This document shows positions 18,449-26,929 of a stretch of DNA of 53,710 nt, in pieces. Below the pieces are notes generated by a model. That model was not told the DNA's origin, did no database searches, and worked only from the letters and a program-made list of their open reading frames with translations. A program made the position numbers and the translations under genes. The DNA comes from Bacteroidales bacterium. Its GTDB lineage: Bacteria > Bacteroidota > Bacteroidia > Bacteroidales > WRLA01. Each line of letters starts with the position of its first letter. The stretch's first letter is position 1. Location of the stretch: contig JAIRTP010000068.1 of assembly GCA_031254805.1 (NCBI GenBank), positions 1 through 53,710 of the forward strand, read 5' to 3'.

Positions 18449-20647
18449 TTATATTTTTAATGATAATATTATTTTTTCTGTTTTTCCGATGACAGTTCCC
18501 GCAGAAGGAAATTGTTTTTCAACTTTGCCGAATCCTTTAGTTTCCACTGTAAGTCCTTTTTCTTCCAAAACGTAAATAGCGTCGGACAAACTCATTCCCG
18601 TTACATTGGGAATGGTATTGGATTCTATATTATTCGGCGTAATATGAATTTCATTTTTAGCGGTTTTTACGCTCACCCAATCGCTATCGACATCGTTTAA
18701 ATTCAAATCCAGATCAATATGCTTAGAGATGGTTTGTATATTTTCCTTTGTACTGTTTATATTCATCGGAATAGACCCGACGCTGTCCGGAGGAATATAT
18801 CCGTTGGCGACCGGCATCAAACTGACGTCGACGGCATACAATTTGTTAGCAATGTCTCTAAAAACCGGCAATGCTACCTTTGCAGCAAGGTATTCGCCAT
18901 TTGACGGCTCGTTGATCATGACAATACAAGCATATTTTGGATTATCTGCTGGAAAATAACCGCAAAAGGAAGCATTATGCCTTTTGTCGGAATAACCTTT
19001 TTCTCCCGGAGTCGTTACTTGAGCCGTCCCTGTTTTTCCCGCAACGGCATAAGAAACACCTTTAAAGCCTTCTCTTCCTGTTCCGTTTACAACAACGCCG
19101 CGCAACATGGTTTGCAGATCTTTTATGACCTCTTCGGGAGCGATTTTCGCAATCAACGTATCGCTTTCGATGGTTTTGATGATTTCTCCGTTTTTCCTGA
19201 TCTCTTTCACGAATTTGGGTCGAATAAAAATTCCATCATTAGCAATAGCATTATAAAATGCAAGTATTTGCAACGGAGTCATTTCAACTTCGTATCCCAT
19301 CGGCATAGAAGTGATGGTCGACTTTGACCAAGTTTTGTCATTTGTATTTTTAATGTAAGGCGCGCTTTCTCCGGCTAATTCAATTCCTAAAGGTTGATTT
19401 AACCCCAAAGAATACAAACCGTCGATAAATTGTTGTTGATTATTTTTATAATTCTCATAAATGATTTTGACTGTTCCCACATTGGAAGATTTTTCAAATA
19501 TTTCTAAAACAGTCGGATCGTTGTGTCCAAAAGGAGCAGAATCCTTAATTGGTTTTTTTCTTCCCGGAAACATCTCCGAACTACTTGCAACTTTATATTT
19601 ATCGGTTAATTTTATTTTACCATCTTTCAGGGCGACCGCTAAAGCGGCGGTTTTAAAGAGAGAACCGGGATCGGCGCGAACGCCGATAGCATTATTATAA
19701 ATCTCGGCATATTTTCCTTCACCCTCTTTGTTTAAACTGGAAATGGCTAAAATTTCGCCCGTCTTAACTTCCATTACAATGGCGCAACCGCTTTTGGCTT
19801 TTTGTAATTTTAAATTTTCTAATAAGGATTTTTGAGCTACGTCTTGGATGGCTACATCTAATGTAGTTACAATATCTTTTCCGTTTTCAGGATAGATATT
19901 TTCAGGGCTTTCAATTTCGGCCCATGTATATTTTCCGATACGCTGATGCAATATATTGCCTTTCTTACCGGCTAAAATAGAGTCGTAAGCGCCTTCAATA
20001 CCGACTTTTAACGTATCGATCTTAGTCTCTCCGGTTTGATCCTTTTTCTCAACATATCTCACATATCCTAAAGTTCTTGGAGCAAGATCATACTTTTCAT
20101 AAGATTCTTTTGATATTGATATAAAGCAATTGTTGCTTTTTCTATTGGAAAATATCGGAAAATTCTTCATTCTTTCATAATCCTGGATATTTATATTTTT
20201 TTGTATGGCGACGTATCTCTTCTTTTTTGTCCTGTTTGTTTTTAATAAATTCAAGTAATAACTTGTTGATTTTTCTGGGAATAATGCATGTAAAGAGTCG
20301 GCAAGCGCTTGTACGTTTGAGAAGAATTCAAGACTGTCTAATATGGTCTCTTTTTCAGGTTTCTTAGAATCTTTCGGATACGTATCCATATAAATATCGA
20401 ACAACATGCGTCTTTTTAATAAAACTTCTCCGTCGGTGGCTAAAATAGCTCCCCTGTGGGCTTCTTTTTCATAAAAAACGTAAGAAGATTTATCGGACAA
20501 CTGTTCAAGTTCTTTTTTATCAGCTATCTGAACGTAAATAATTTTACCGATAGCGGCGATTGCAATCAACACAAACGCAACGTAAACGATAATTGTTCTG
20601 AGTACTAAAAACTTTTTAGATCGATTATTCTTCTCCGTTGTTTCCAT
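18449..20647 (-). CDS. ftsI: class B PBP FtsI with C-terminal PASTA domain
   Basis: SxxK (PGSLFK), SSN and KTGT motifs; IPNVTGMSLSDA PASTA domain. Confidence 0.92.
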   Translation of the reverse strand: METTEKNNRSKKFLVLRTIIVYVAFVLIAIAAIGKIIYVQIADKKELEQLSDKSSYVFYEKEAHRGAILATDGEVLLKRRMLFDIYMDTYPKDSKKPEKETILDSLEFFSNVQALADSLHALFPEKSTSYYLNLLKTNRTKKKRYVAIQKNINIQDYERMKNFPIFSNRKSNNCFISISKESYEKYDLAPRTLGYVRYVEKKDQTGETKIDTLKVGIEGAYDSILAGKKGNILHQRIGKYTWAEIESPENIYPENGKDIVTTLDVAIQDVAQKSLLENLKLQKAKSGCAIVMEVKTGEILAISSLNKEGEGKYAEIYNNAIGVRADPGSLFKTAALAVALKDGKIKLTDKYKVASSSEMFPGRKKPIKDSAPFGHNDPTVLEIFEKSSNVGTVKIIYENYKNNQQQFIDGLYSLGLNQPLGIELAGESAPYIKNTNDKTWSKSTITSMPMGYEVEMTPLQILAFYNAIANDGIFIRPKFVKEIRKNGEIIKTIESDTLIAKIAPEEVIKDLQTMLRGVVVNGTGREGFKGVSYAVAGKTGTAQVTTPGEKGYSDKRHNASFCGYFPADNPKYACIVMINEPSNGEYLAAKVALPVFRDIANKLYAVDVSLMPVANGYIPPDSVGSIPMNINSTKENIQTISKHIDLDLNLNDVDSDWVSVKTAKNEIHITPNNIESNTIPNVTGMSLSDAIYVLEEKGLTVETKGFGKVEKQFPSAGTVIGKTEKIILSLKI

Positions 20648-20996
20648 TTTCTTCCCTTTTTACAATTATTTTTTTTACGCCGCTAACAGCTTCTTTCAAT
20701 CCTTGGTCGGAAAGTTTTTCAACCAAAACGGATTGCTTGGTTGACTTTGACATGCGTGATTTTTCACTTTCCAAAATTGATACAATCTGTTTTCTCTCCT
20801 CGGTAAGCTCTTTTTTGTGACGGTGCATTCGTTCCGCATAATATCCGTTAGTGATATACAATAGCCCTAAAACAGCGATGAAAAGCAAAAAAGGAAAATG
20901 ATTGCGCACGTTTTTCTTGGTCAAGATTGTCCCGTTAAGAGTCGATCTCACCGTATTTTTGATTACGTTTTTCTTTTTATTACTTTTTTGAGCCAT
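20625..20996 (-). CDS. ftsL: FtsL-like cell division protein
   Basis: TM plus coiled coil (LLYITNGYYAE), between rsmH and ftsI. Confidence 0.82.
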   Translation of the reverse strand: MAQKSNKKKNVIKNTVRSTLNGTILTKKNVRNHFPFLLFIAVLGLLYITNGYYAERMHRHKKELTEERKQIVSILESEKSRMSKSTKQSVLVEKLSDQGLKEAVSGVKKIIVKREENGNNGEE

Positions 20997-21000
20997 TTTT

Positions 21001-21912
21001 TTATTCTGTTTTTTTTGATTTGAATTTTGCTATTCTCAATTTTGCGCTTCTTGCTCTGTTGTTTGAAACAATTTCTTCTTCCGACGCTGTTATTGGTTTT
21101 CTCGTAATGATATTGAACGGCGTCAGAGGATTTCCGTAAAAATCTTTTTCAATAACGCCTTCAAAATTTCCGGAGCGCATAAAATTTTTGACCAGCCGGT
21201 CTTCTAAAGAGTGATAAGAGAGAATGACCAATCTTCCTTCCGGAGACAATAAATCTACGGATTGTTGTAATAATGCCGATAAAGCTTCCATCTCTTTATT
21301 AGTTTCGATTCTGAGCGCTTGAAATAGTTGAGCGGCAAATTTATTTTCGCGCATTCTTGGCGCCATCGGCGTAATAATTTTCATCAATTGCGAAGTAGTC
21401 TCAATCGGTTGTACGGTACGTGTTCTAATTATGCCGTCGGCGATCTTGGCGCTGTTTTGCAACTCCCCGTAAAGCTTAAAAATGCGGATTAATTCATCCC
21501 GCTCATATTCATTGACAATATTGGCGGCCGTTAATTGAGTTTTAGCGCTCATGCGCATATCAAGTTTCCCTTCAAAACGCGTAGAAAAACCTTTTTCGGG
21601 AACGTCCAATTGATGGGATGATACGCCTAAATCGGCAAAAATCCCATTTACTTTCCCATAACCATATAGTTTACAGAAGTTTTTGACGTAGGAAAAATTT
21701 TGATGAATAAGCGTTAAGCGGTCGTCGTCTATCTTATTTTGCAGAGCGTCTTCATCTTGATCAAATGCGATTAATCTTCCCTTTTTGTCGAGATGTTCTA
21801 GAATGCCCCTGGCGTGTCCTCCTCCTCCGTACGTTACGTCAACATAAATGCCTTCAGGCTTGATATTCAAGCCTTCCAAACATTCGCGCAACATGACAGG
21901 AGTGTGATACAT
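21001..21912 (-). CDS. rsmH: 16S rRNA m4C1402 methyltransferase
   Basis: HTPVML, DVTYGGGGH, DLGVSSHQ, FQALRI, YHSLEDRLVK, RARSAKLR. Confidence 0.98.
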   Translation of the reverse strand: MYHTPVMLRECLEGLNIKPEGIYVDVTYGGGGHARGILEHLDKKGRLIAFDQDEDALQNKIDDDRLTLIHQNFSYVKNFCKLYGYGKVNGIFADLGVSSHQLDVPEKGFSTRFEGKLDMRMSAKTQLTAANIVNEYERDELIRIFKLYGELQNSAKIADGIIRTRTVQPIETTSQLMKIITPMAPRMRENKFAAQLFQALRIETNKEMEALSALLQQSVDLLSPEGRLVILSYHSLEDRLVKNFMRSGNFEGVIEKDFYGNPLTPFNIITRKPITASEEEIVSNNRARSAKLRIAKFKSKKTE

Positions 21913-21965
21913 TGTTATATATATTATTGTTATTCAATTAGATTCGACGTTTATTTGCAAAAAAA

Positions 21966-22433
21966 CTACTTATTTATGCTTTTACGTTTAAGAGCTCTGA
22001 TTTTATCTAACATATCAGCTTTTTCTTTTTCGGAAGTTTCTCTCATTTTTTCCAGATATTTCTCCTTGTCCCAAACCTCTGCGGAATCGTCGAGTCCTAC
22101 AATGACCACATCTTTATCAATGCCGGCAAACTCCAACAGGTTTTTGGGAATAAGAAATCTTCCGGTTGAATCCCAAGTGTCAATTTTAACATCTTGCAAG
22201 AATTGACGTTTCAAGTTCATGTCTTCTTTATCCAAAGTGTCCAGATCTTTCAAAAATCTTGTCTCAAGCGCCCACGTGGTTTTTGAAAATAATTCCAAAC
22301 AAGGTTCATTAAAACTTTTCCGGCATATCAATGTCTCAGAACCATCGGCGATGTTCTCGCGGATCTTCACAGGGATATTCAATCTCCCTTTGCTATCCAT
22401 CTTACAATCAAACGTTCCTACAAATTCTGCCAT
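21966..22433 (-). CDS. mraZ: dcw cluster transcriptional repressor MraZ
   Basis: Two DxxGR motifs (DSKGR, DSTGR), EVWD; likely start ATG 22433. Confidence 0.88.
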   Translation of the reverse strand: MAEFVGTFDCKMDSKGRLNIPVKIRENIADGSETLICRKSFNEPCLELFSKTTWALETRFLKDLDTLDKEDMNLKRQFLQDVKIDTWDSTGRFLIPKNLLEFAGIDKDVVIVGLDDSAEVWDKEKYLEKMRETSEKEKADMLDKIRALKRKSINK

Positions 22434-22449
22434 TTGAAAAATTTTGCTA

Positions 22450-22457
22450 CAAAGATA
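22450..22457 (-). promoter_or_regulatory. sigmaA -7 element TATCTTTG for the mraZ/dcw operon
   Basis: TAnnTTTG 16 nt upstream of ATG 22433. Confidence 0.65.
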
Positions 22458-22882
22458 AATCAAATTTTGCATTTAGCTGCATTTTTCGACAAAAAAATGC
22501 ACTTGTTGATAAAAAATTAACATATTGTATGTAAAATACTGAATACAAGTATATTATGTGGGCTTCTTGCGATATTAACAAAATCAATTGTTGATAACGA
22601 TAAAAAAATGTGAACAATAAGAGGGAAAAAAATTTAGAATTATGGTTATGTTTTAATATTTTCCAAAGATTACAAGATGTATTTCAAGCGCTCGTTTATG
22701 ATTAAAATCTACTTTATGGCATTGAAAAAATGAGCAAATGACGAATGAGCAAGAAAGTTGCGAGTTACAAATAGCGTATTATTCGATGCGTCGGTTATTC
22801 ATATTTCGTAGCGCATATATGTTATAATGATCCTGTTTTGATTATTCATACTTATATTATTTTGAGGCAGTCGCAAATACAA

Positions 22883-22919
22883 ATAAAAGAGAGGACGCCG
22901 AATTGATTCGGGCATCCTC
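22883..22919 (-). terminator. intrinsic terminator of a putative minus-strand sRNA
   Basis: GAGGATGC-C-CGAAT-CA-ATTCG-GCGTCCTC then TCTTTTATTTG. The G-U pair forms only on the minus strand. Confidence 0.7.
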
Positions 22920-23098
22920 CGCAAGTATGAAAAAAACACATTACAAAAAGACGTTTCACAGCGGTATGCAGAACATTATGCTAAATAAAATGCTATCTCT
23001 TTGATCTTTTATGAAAAAGTATACTCCATCTTAAAATTCATTTACTTTTTCATAATGCTATTTCCGAGTAATGGCGGAAATAAAATGTTTTTAACATA
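22883..23098 (-). ncRNA. putative sigma54-dependent structured small RNA (~215 nt)
   Basis: Bounded by a sigma54-like promoter (23110-23124) and a terminator. Internal 8-bp and 13-bp perfect inverted repeats; no long ORF. Confidence 0.5.
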
Positions 23099-23109
23099 AG
23101 ACAATACGG

Positions 23110-23124
23110 ACAACAATTATGCCA
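23110..23124 (-). promoter_or_regulatory. sigma54-type -24/-12 promoter TGGCATAATTGTTGT
   Basis: TGGCA-N6-TTG with canonical spacing. Confidence 0.55.
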
Positions 23125-23217
23125 AAAGATTTTTTATTTTGTATATTGCTGAATAATAGCTTAATCAAGAATATTTATGCATATTAGCGCCGTTATTATT
23201 ACCGGCATGACATCATT

Positions 23218-23232
23218 TGGCAAGGATTTTGA
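23218..23232 (+). promoter_or_regulatory. sigma54-type -24/-12 promoter TGGCAAGGATTTTGA
   Basis: TGGCA-N6-TTG with canonical spacing, preceded by TGACA; 35 nt before ATG 23268. Confidence 0.6.
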
Positions 23233-23267
23233 CTTGTAAAAAGAAAATTTTAAAGATAAGACAGATT

Positions 23268-23942
23268 ATGTGGTTAATATTCATTTTAATTGCTATTATT
23301 AGTTGGCTCGTACAGAGCAATCTGCAGAAGAAGTTTAACGAATACTCAAAAGTTCCGCTTTCTAATGGTATGACAGGAAAAGATGTTGCGGTAAAAATGC
23401 TTCATGATCATGGAATTTACGACGTTCAAGTGATTTCCATACAAGGGCATTTAACAGATCACTTTAATCCGGCCAATAAAACCGTTAATTTAAGCGAAAG
23501 CGTTTATAATGCTAATGGCGTAGCCGCCGCCGCTGTCGCCGCTCATGAATGCGGTCATGCCGTTCAACATGCAACAGCTTACGCCCCTCTGAAAATGAGG
23601 TCTGCGCTTGTCCCTATTATAAGTTTTTCTTCAAGATGGGTATCATGGATCTTGTTGGCCGGAATTTTACTGCTAAATGTATTTCCCGAACTGTTATTAA
23701 TCGGCGTGATTTTGTTTGGAGTTAGTACTCTATTCAGTTTTATAACCCTTCCGGTAGAGATAAACGCCAGTCAACGCGCATTAGCATGGTTGGAAAAAAG
23801 TAATATTACTTACGGACAAACGCAAGAACAAGCAAAAAGCGCTTTAAAATCGGCCGCATACACTTACGTCGTCGCCGCTTTAAGTTCTTTGGCTACATTG
23901 ATATATTATTTGATGATCTTTTTAGGGAGAAGAAGAGATTAA
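23268..23942 (+). CDS. membrane zinc metallopeptidase (YugP/Zn_peptidase_2 family)
   Basis: LTDHFNP, AAHECGHAVQH (HExxH), TLPVEINASQRA, AAYTYV; likely start ATG 23268. Confidence 0.92.
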   Translation: MWLIFILIAIISWLVQSNLQKKFNEYSKVPLSNGMTGKDVAVKMLHDHGIYDVQVISIQGHLTDHFNPANKTVNLSESVYNANGVAAAAVAAHECGHAVQHATAYAPLKMRSALVPIISFSSRWVSWILLAGILLLNVFPELLLIGVILFGVSTLFSFITLPVEINASQRALAWLEKSNITYGQTQEQAKSALKSAAYTYVVAALSSLATLIYYLMIFLGRRRD

Positions 23943-23968
23943 AAGCTGTTTAGAAGATCTCATAAAAG

Positions 23969-24001
23969 CAAAAAATCTGCCAAAATGAGCAGATTTTTTT
24001 T
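23969..24001. terminator. bidirectional intrinsic terminator
   Basis: AAAAAATCTGC-CAAAATGA-GCAGATTTTTT between the convergent peptidase and tRNA genes. Confidence 0.75.
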
Positions 24002-24002
24002 G

Positions 24003-24075
24003 TGATTCCTCTGGGGCTCGAACCCAGGACCCCATCCTTAAAAGGGATGTGCTCTACCAACTGAGCTAAGAAATC
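24003..24075 (-). tRNA. tRNA-Lys(UUU), copy 2
   Basis: 73-nt cloverleaf GATTTCT..AGGAATC-A; D arm TAGCTCAGTTGGTAGAGC; anticodon loop CT-TTT-AA; T loop GTTCGAG; CCA not encoded. Confidence 0.96.
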
Positions 24076-24097
24076 ATCCTTGCTATATATCCTTTTG

Positions 24098-24170
24098 TGA
24101 TCCCTCTGGGGCTCGAACCCAGGACCCCATCCTTAAAAGGGATGTGCTCTACCAACTGAGCTAAGGAATC
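24098..24170 (-). tRNA. tRNA-Lys(UUU), copy 1
   Basis: 73-nt cloverleaf GATTCCT..AGGGATC-A; identical to copy 2 except at two acceptor-stem bases. Confidence 0.96.
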
Positions 24171-24186
24171 CTTTTAAAAGCGGGTG

Positions 24187-24194
24187 CAAAGGTA
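24187..24194 (-). promoter_or_regulatory. sigmaA -7 element TACCTTTG(CACCCG) for the tRNA pair
   Basis: TAnnTTTG 16 nt upstream of the tRNA 5' end. Confidence 0.75.
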
Positions 24195-24288
24195 GAATTA
24201 AATTTCTAACCGTGCAACTTTTTTATTAATTTTTTATAATTAATTAATAATCAACTATATGTAATTTTTTTGACGATCGTTTTTTAAT

Positions 24289-25248
24289 TTATTCCTGCTC
24301 GAACAAACTTTCTACATACGCCTCTTTATCAAAAGGTTGCAGATCTTCTTTTTTTTCTCCGATGCCGATATATTTTACAGGGATTTTGAATTGATCGGAG
24401 ATGCCGATCACAACGCCTCCGCGCGCCGTTCCGTCTAATTTTGTAATGGCAAGAGCGTTAACCGCGGTAGCGGCGGTAAATTGCTTAGCTTGTTCAAAAG
24501 CGTTTTGACCTGTTGATCCATCCAAAACAAGTAAAATTTCATGAGGAGCTCCCTGTATTACTTTATCCATTACGCGTTTGATCTTGGACAATTCGTTCAT
24601 CAAATTCACTTTGTTATGCAATCGGCCGGCGGTATCAATAATAACCACGTCGAAATCATTTGCTACGGCAGATTTGCAAGTGTCAAAGGCCACGGAAGCA
24701 GGATCTGCTCCCATGCCTTGACTGACAATGGGAACGTCGACGCGTTCAGCCCAAATGGTCAATTGATCTACGGCGGCGGCGCGAAAAGTATCCGCAGCTC
24801 CTAAAATGACCTTTTTCCCATGCTGTTTCAATTGATGAGCCAATTTCCCGATTGTGGTCGTTTTCCCCACGCCATTGACGCCGACAACCATAATAACGTA
24901 AGGATTTTCCCGTTTGGGAAAATCAAATCCTTCGACAAGAGCGTCATTATGATGTTCTTCGAGAAGCATGCTGATTTCTTCTTTTAAGATTCTGTTCAGT
25001 TCGTTAGTTCCGACATATTTATCGCGCGCTACGCGCGCTTCAATTCGTTCGATGATGCGAATGGTCGTATCGACGCCGACGTCCGACGAAATCAAAATCT
25101 CTTCCAAGTTGTCTAAAACTTCGTCGTCGACTTTGGATTTTCCGGCGACAATTTTAGATAATTTCGAAAAAACGCCTTCTCGCGTTTTTTCAAGCCCTTT
25201 GTTTAAGTTATCTTTTTGCTTTTTGTTGAAAAATGAAAATAGTCCCAT
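24289..25248 (-). CDS. ftsY: SRP receptor FtsY
   Basis: GVNGVGKTTT, DTFRAAA, DTAGRL, TKLDGTARGG. Confidence 0.98.
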   Translation of the reverse strand: MGLFSFFNKKQKDNLNKGLEKTREGVFSKLSKIVAGKSKVDDEVLDNLEEILISSDVGVDTTIRIIERIEARVARDKYVGTNELNRILKEEISMLLEEHHNDALVEGFDFPKRENPYVIMVVGVNGVGKTTTIGKLAHQLKQHGKKVILGAADTFRAAAVDQLTIWAERVDVPIVSQGMGADPASVAFDTCKSAVANDFDVVIIDTAGRLHNKVNLMNELSKIKRVMDKVIQGAPHEILLVLDGSTGQNAFEQAKQFTAATAVNALAITKLDGTARGGVVIGISDQFKIPVKYIGIGEKKEDLQPFDKEAYVESLFEQE

Positions 25249-25364
25249 AAAAAATATTTATTATGCAATACAACTGAAATACAACGAAGTTGACAAAGTT
25301 ATGTAATAATTCCGGTTTCGGCAAATTATTTTTGATCGTTCAAAAATCGATTGCTATAAAAATC

Positions 25365-25397
25365 AACAGCCCTTTCCAACGATGGGAAAGAGCTGTT
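25365..25397 (-). terminator. hairpin/terminator between DUF4295 and ftsY
   Basis: Plus-strand AACAGCCCTTTCC-N7-GGAAAGAGCTGTT; followed by GATTTTT on the minus strand. Confidence 0.5.
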
Positions 25398-25429
25398 TGT
25401 AATATTAACCTAAAAAACGTCTTGATGAA

Positions 25430-25576
25430 CTATTTCAAAAGAGTTTTTGCTTCTTCTAAGGTGACAACAGATTCTTTAAATGTATACGCTCCGGTTTTAG
25501 GAGAACGTTCCATTCTAATAACTTTTGTCCAATCTTTACTTTTAGTTTGCAGCGTTGCAACAACTTTCTTTGCCAT
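25430..25576 (-). CDS. DUF4295 family small protein (48 aa; missed by the ORF track)
   Basis: MAKKVVATLQTKSKDWTKVIRMERSPKTGAYTFKESVVTLEEAKTLLK; conserved rpmG-DUF4295-ftsY order. Confidence 0.9.
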   Translation of the reverse strand: MAKKVVATLQTKSKDWTKVIRMERSPKTGAYTFKESVVTLEEAKTLLK

Positions 25577-25586
25577 ATCTCAAAAA

Positions 25587-25775
25587 TTATTTAATTTCTC
25601 TATGTAATGTAACTTTTCTTAATATGGGATTATATTTTTTTAATTCCATTCTACCCGGGGTGTTTTTTTTATTTTTAGTGGTGATATATCTCGAAGTACC
25701 CGGAACACCGCTTTCCTTATGTTCTGTGCATTCTAAAATCACTTGAATGCGTGCATCTTTTTGCTTCTTTGCCAT
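25587..25775 (-). CDS. rpmG: 50S ribosomal protein L33
   Basis: [42 protein letters not shown]; start ATG 25775, -7 element TACATTTG at 25800-25807. Confidence 0.97.
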   Translation of the reverse strand: MAKKQKDARIQVILECTEHKESGVPGTSRYITTKNKKNTPGRMELKKYNPILRKVTLHREIK

Positions 25776-25912
25776 TTCGTCTCCAATTTTTTCAGGGTGC
25801 AAATGTACGAATAATTATCTAATCGGCAACTCTTTTGCTTATTTATTTTCTTTATTTTTTTTGAAAAAATTATAATATTTTGAAAATCAATTTCATAATA
25901 AATATTTAGGCG

Positions 25913-26896
25913 TCAAATTTTTAATTTTTCTTTAAATATTTCGGCAAGTCCGGAGAATGAAGCGTTTGGAAATTGTCGCATCAATTCTTCTATTTCTGTC
26001 AAATTTTTCATGCAAAAGTCTTTATAAGACGTTGATTGCGCATGAAACGGTCGATGCAACGACGCTGTGCGAATCTTTTCAACTTTTGCTAAGATATTCT
26101 GTGTTTTATCATCAAAATAAGTTTCGACAAAACGCTCCCAAATATAAGAAACGGCCGTCGTTGATGGATGCAGCATATCGACGCCGTAAAAGCGATAATC
26201 ACGTAAATCGTCCATCATGAGTTCGTAGGCGGGAAAATAATCGGGATGGGATTTTTTTTCAATCAATTTCTTTACGGCCAAGATTATCGTCGATTTGCTG
26301 TATTGATTTTCGACAAATCCATCCTTTATATGTCGTACCGGACTGATAGTCAACGTTATTTCTATATTTGGATTGAATGAAAACAGTCGGGCGAAAATTT
26401 CAGATAAAACCGTTATTATTTCATCGACGGATAACAAATATTTTTCGAAATTTTCTTGCGGAATCTTATGGCAAGACGAGACGACTGCATTTCGTTCTTT
26501 ATGACGATATGTCCAAGCCGTTCCCAAAGTGATGATCAATCTTGTCGCTGATTTCAAAAAATCATGCGCTTTTTCGGATGCGTCGTTGATAAGTCGCAGA
26601 TGCTCTTGTTGATTGGGACGGGAGAAACGACTATGATGAAAGAAACTGTGGTACAGATTATTATAAAAAACGGTATCGCGGGCTGTGAAAATGCGTCGAT
26701 CAATAATCATTTCCAAAGAACGCGCTAAAGATATCGGATCAAACAAAATCCCAAAAGGGTTGATCATTGTATTAAAACAATAGTTATCAAGTTTTTCTCC
26801 GATGTTTTCAACGAAACAAGAACCGCATAACATAATGGCGTCGTTATAATCGACCGGCTTGCTTTTTGGAATAGAAAAAGTTGTTCGAAAATTCAT
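25913..26896 (-). CDS. GSCFA domain protein (SGNH-like)
   Basis: GSCFVENIG, NPFGILFDP, ITLGTAW, SPVRHIKDG, YFPAYE..DDLRDYRFY..DMLHP. Confidence 0.9.
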   Translation of the reverse strand: MNFRTTFSIPKSKPVDYNDAIMLCGSCFVENIGEKLDNYCFNTMINPFGILFDPISLARSLEMIIDRRIFTARDTVFYNNLYHSFFHHSRFSRPNQQEHLRLINDASEKAHDFLKSATRLIITLGTAWTYRHKERNAVVSSCHKIPQENFEKYLLSVDEIITVLSEIFARLFSFNPNIEITLTISPVRHIKDGFVENQYSKSTIILAVKKLIEKKSHPDYFPAYELMMDDLRDYRFYGVDMLHPSTTAVSYIWERFVETYFDDKTQNILAKVEKIRTASLHRPFHAQSTSYKDFCMKNLTEIEELMRQFPNASFSGLAEIFKEKLKI

Positions 26897-26929
26897 ATTT
26901 TAATGATTTGTATGAAAATTATAATAAAT

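Noticed and set aside
22473-23100. oriC in the long AT-rich intergenic region upstream of mraZ
   Set aside because: Only a few imperfect boxes, no dnaA/dnaN nearby, and gene orientation does not switch here.
24003-24170. CRISPR array or att-site duplication
   Set aside because: Two complete tRNA-Lys genes; no spacers, cas genes or integrase nearby.
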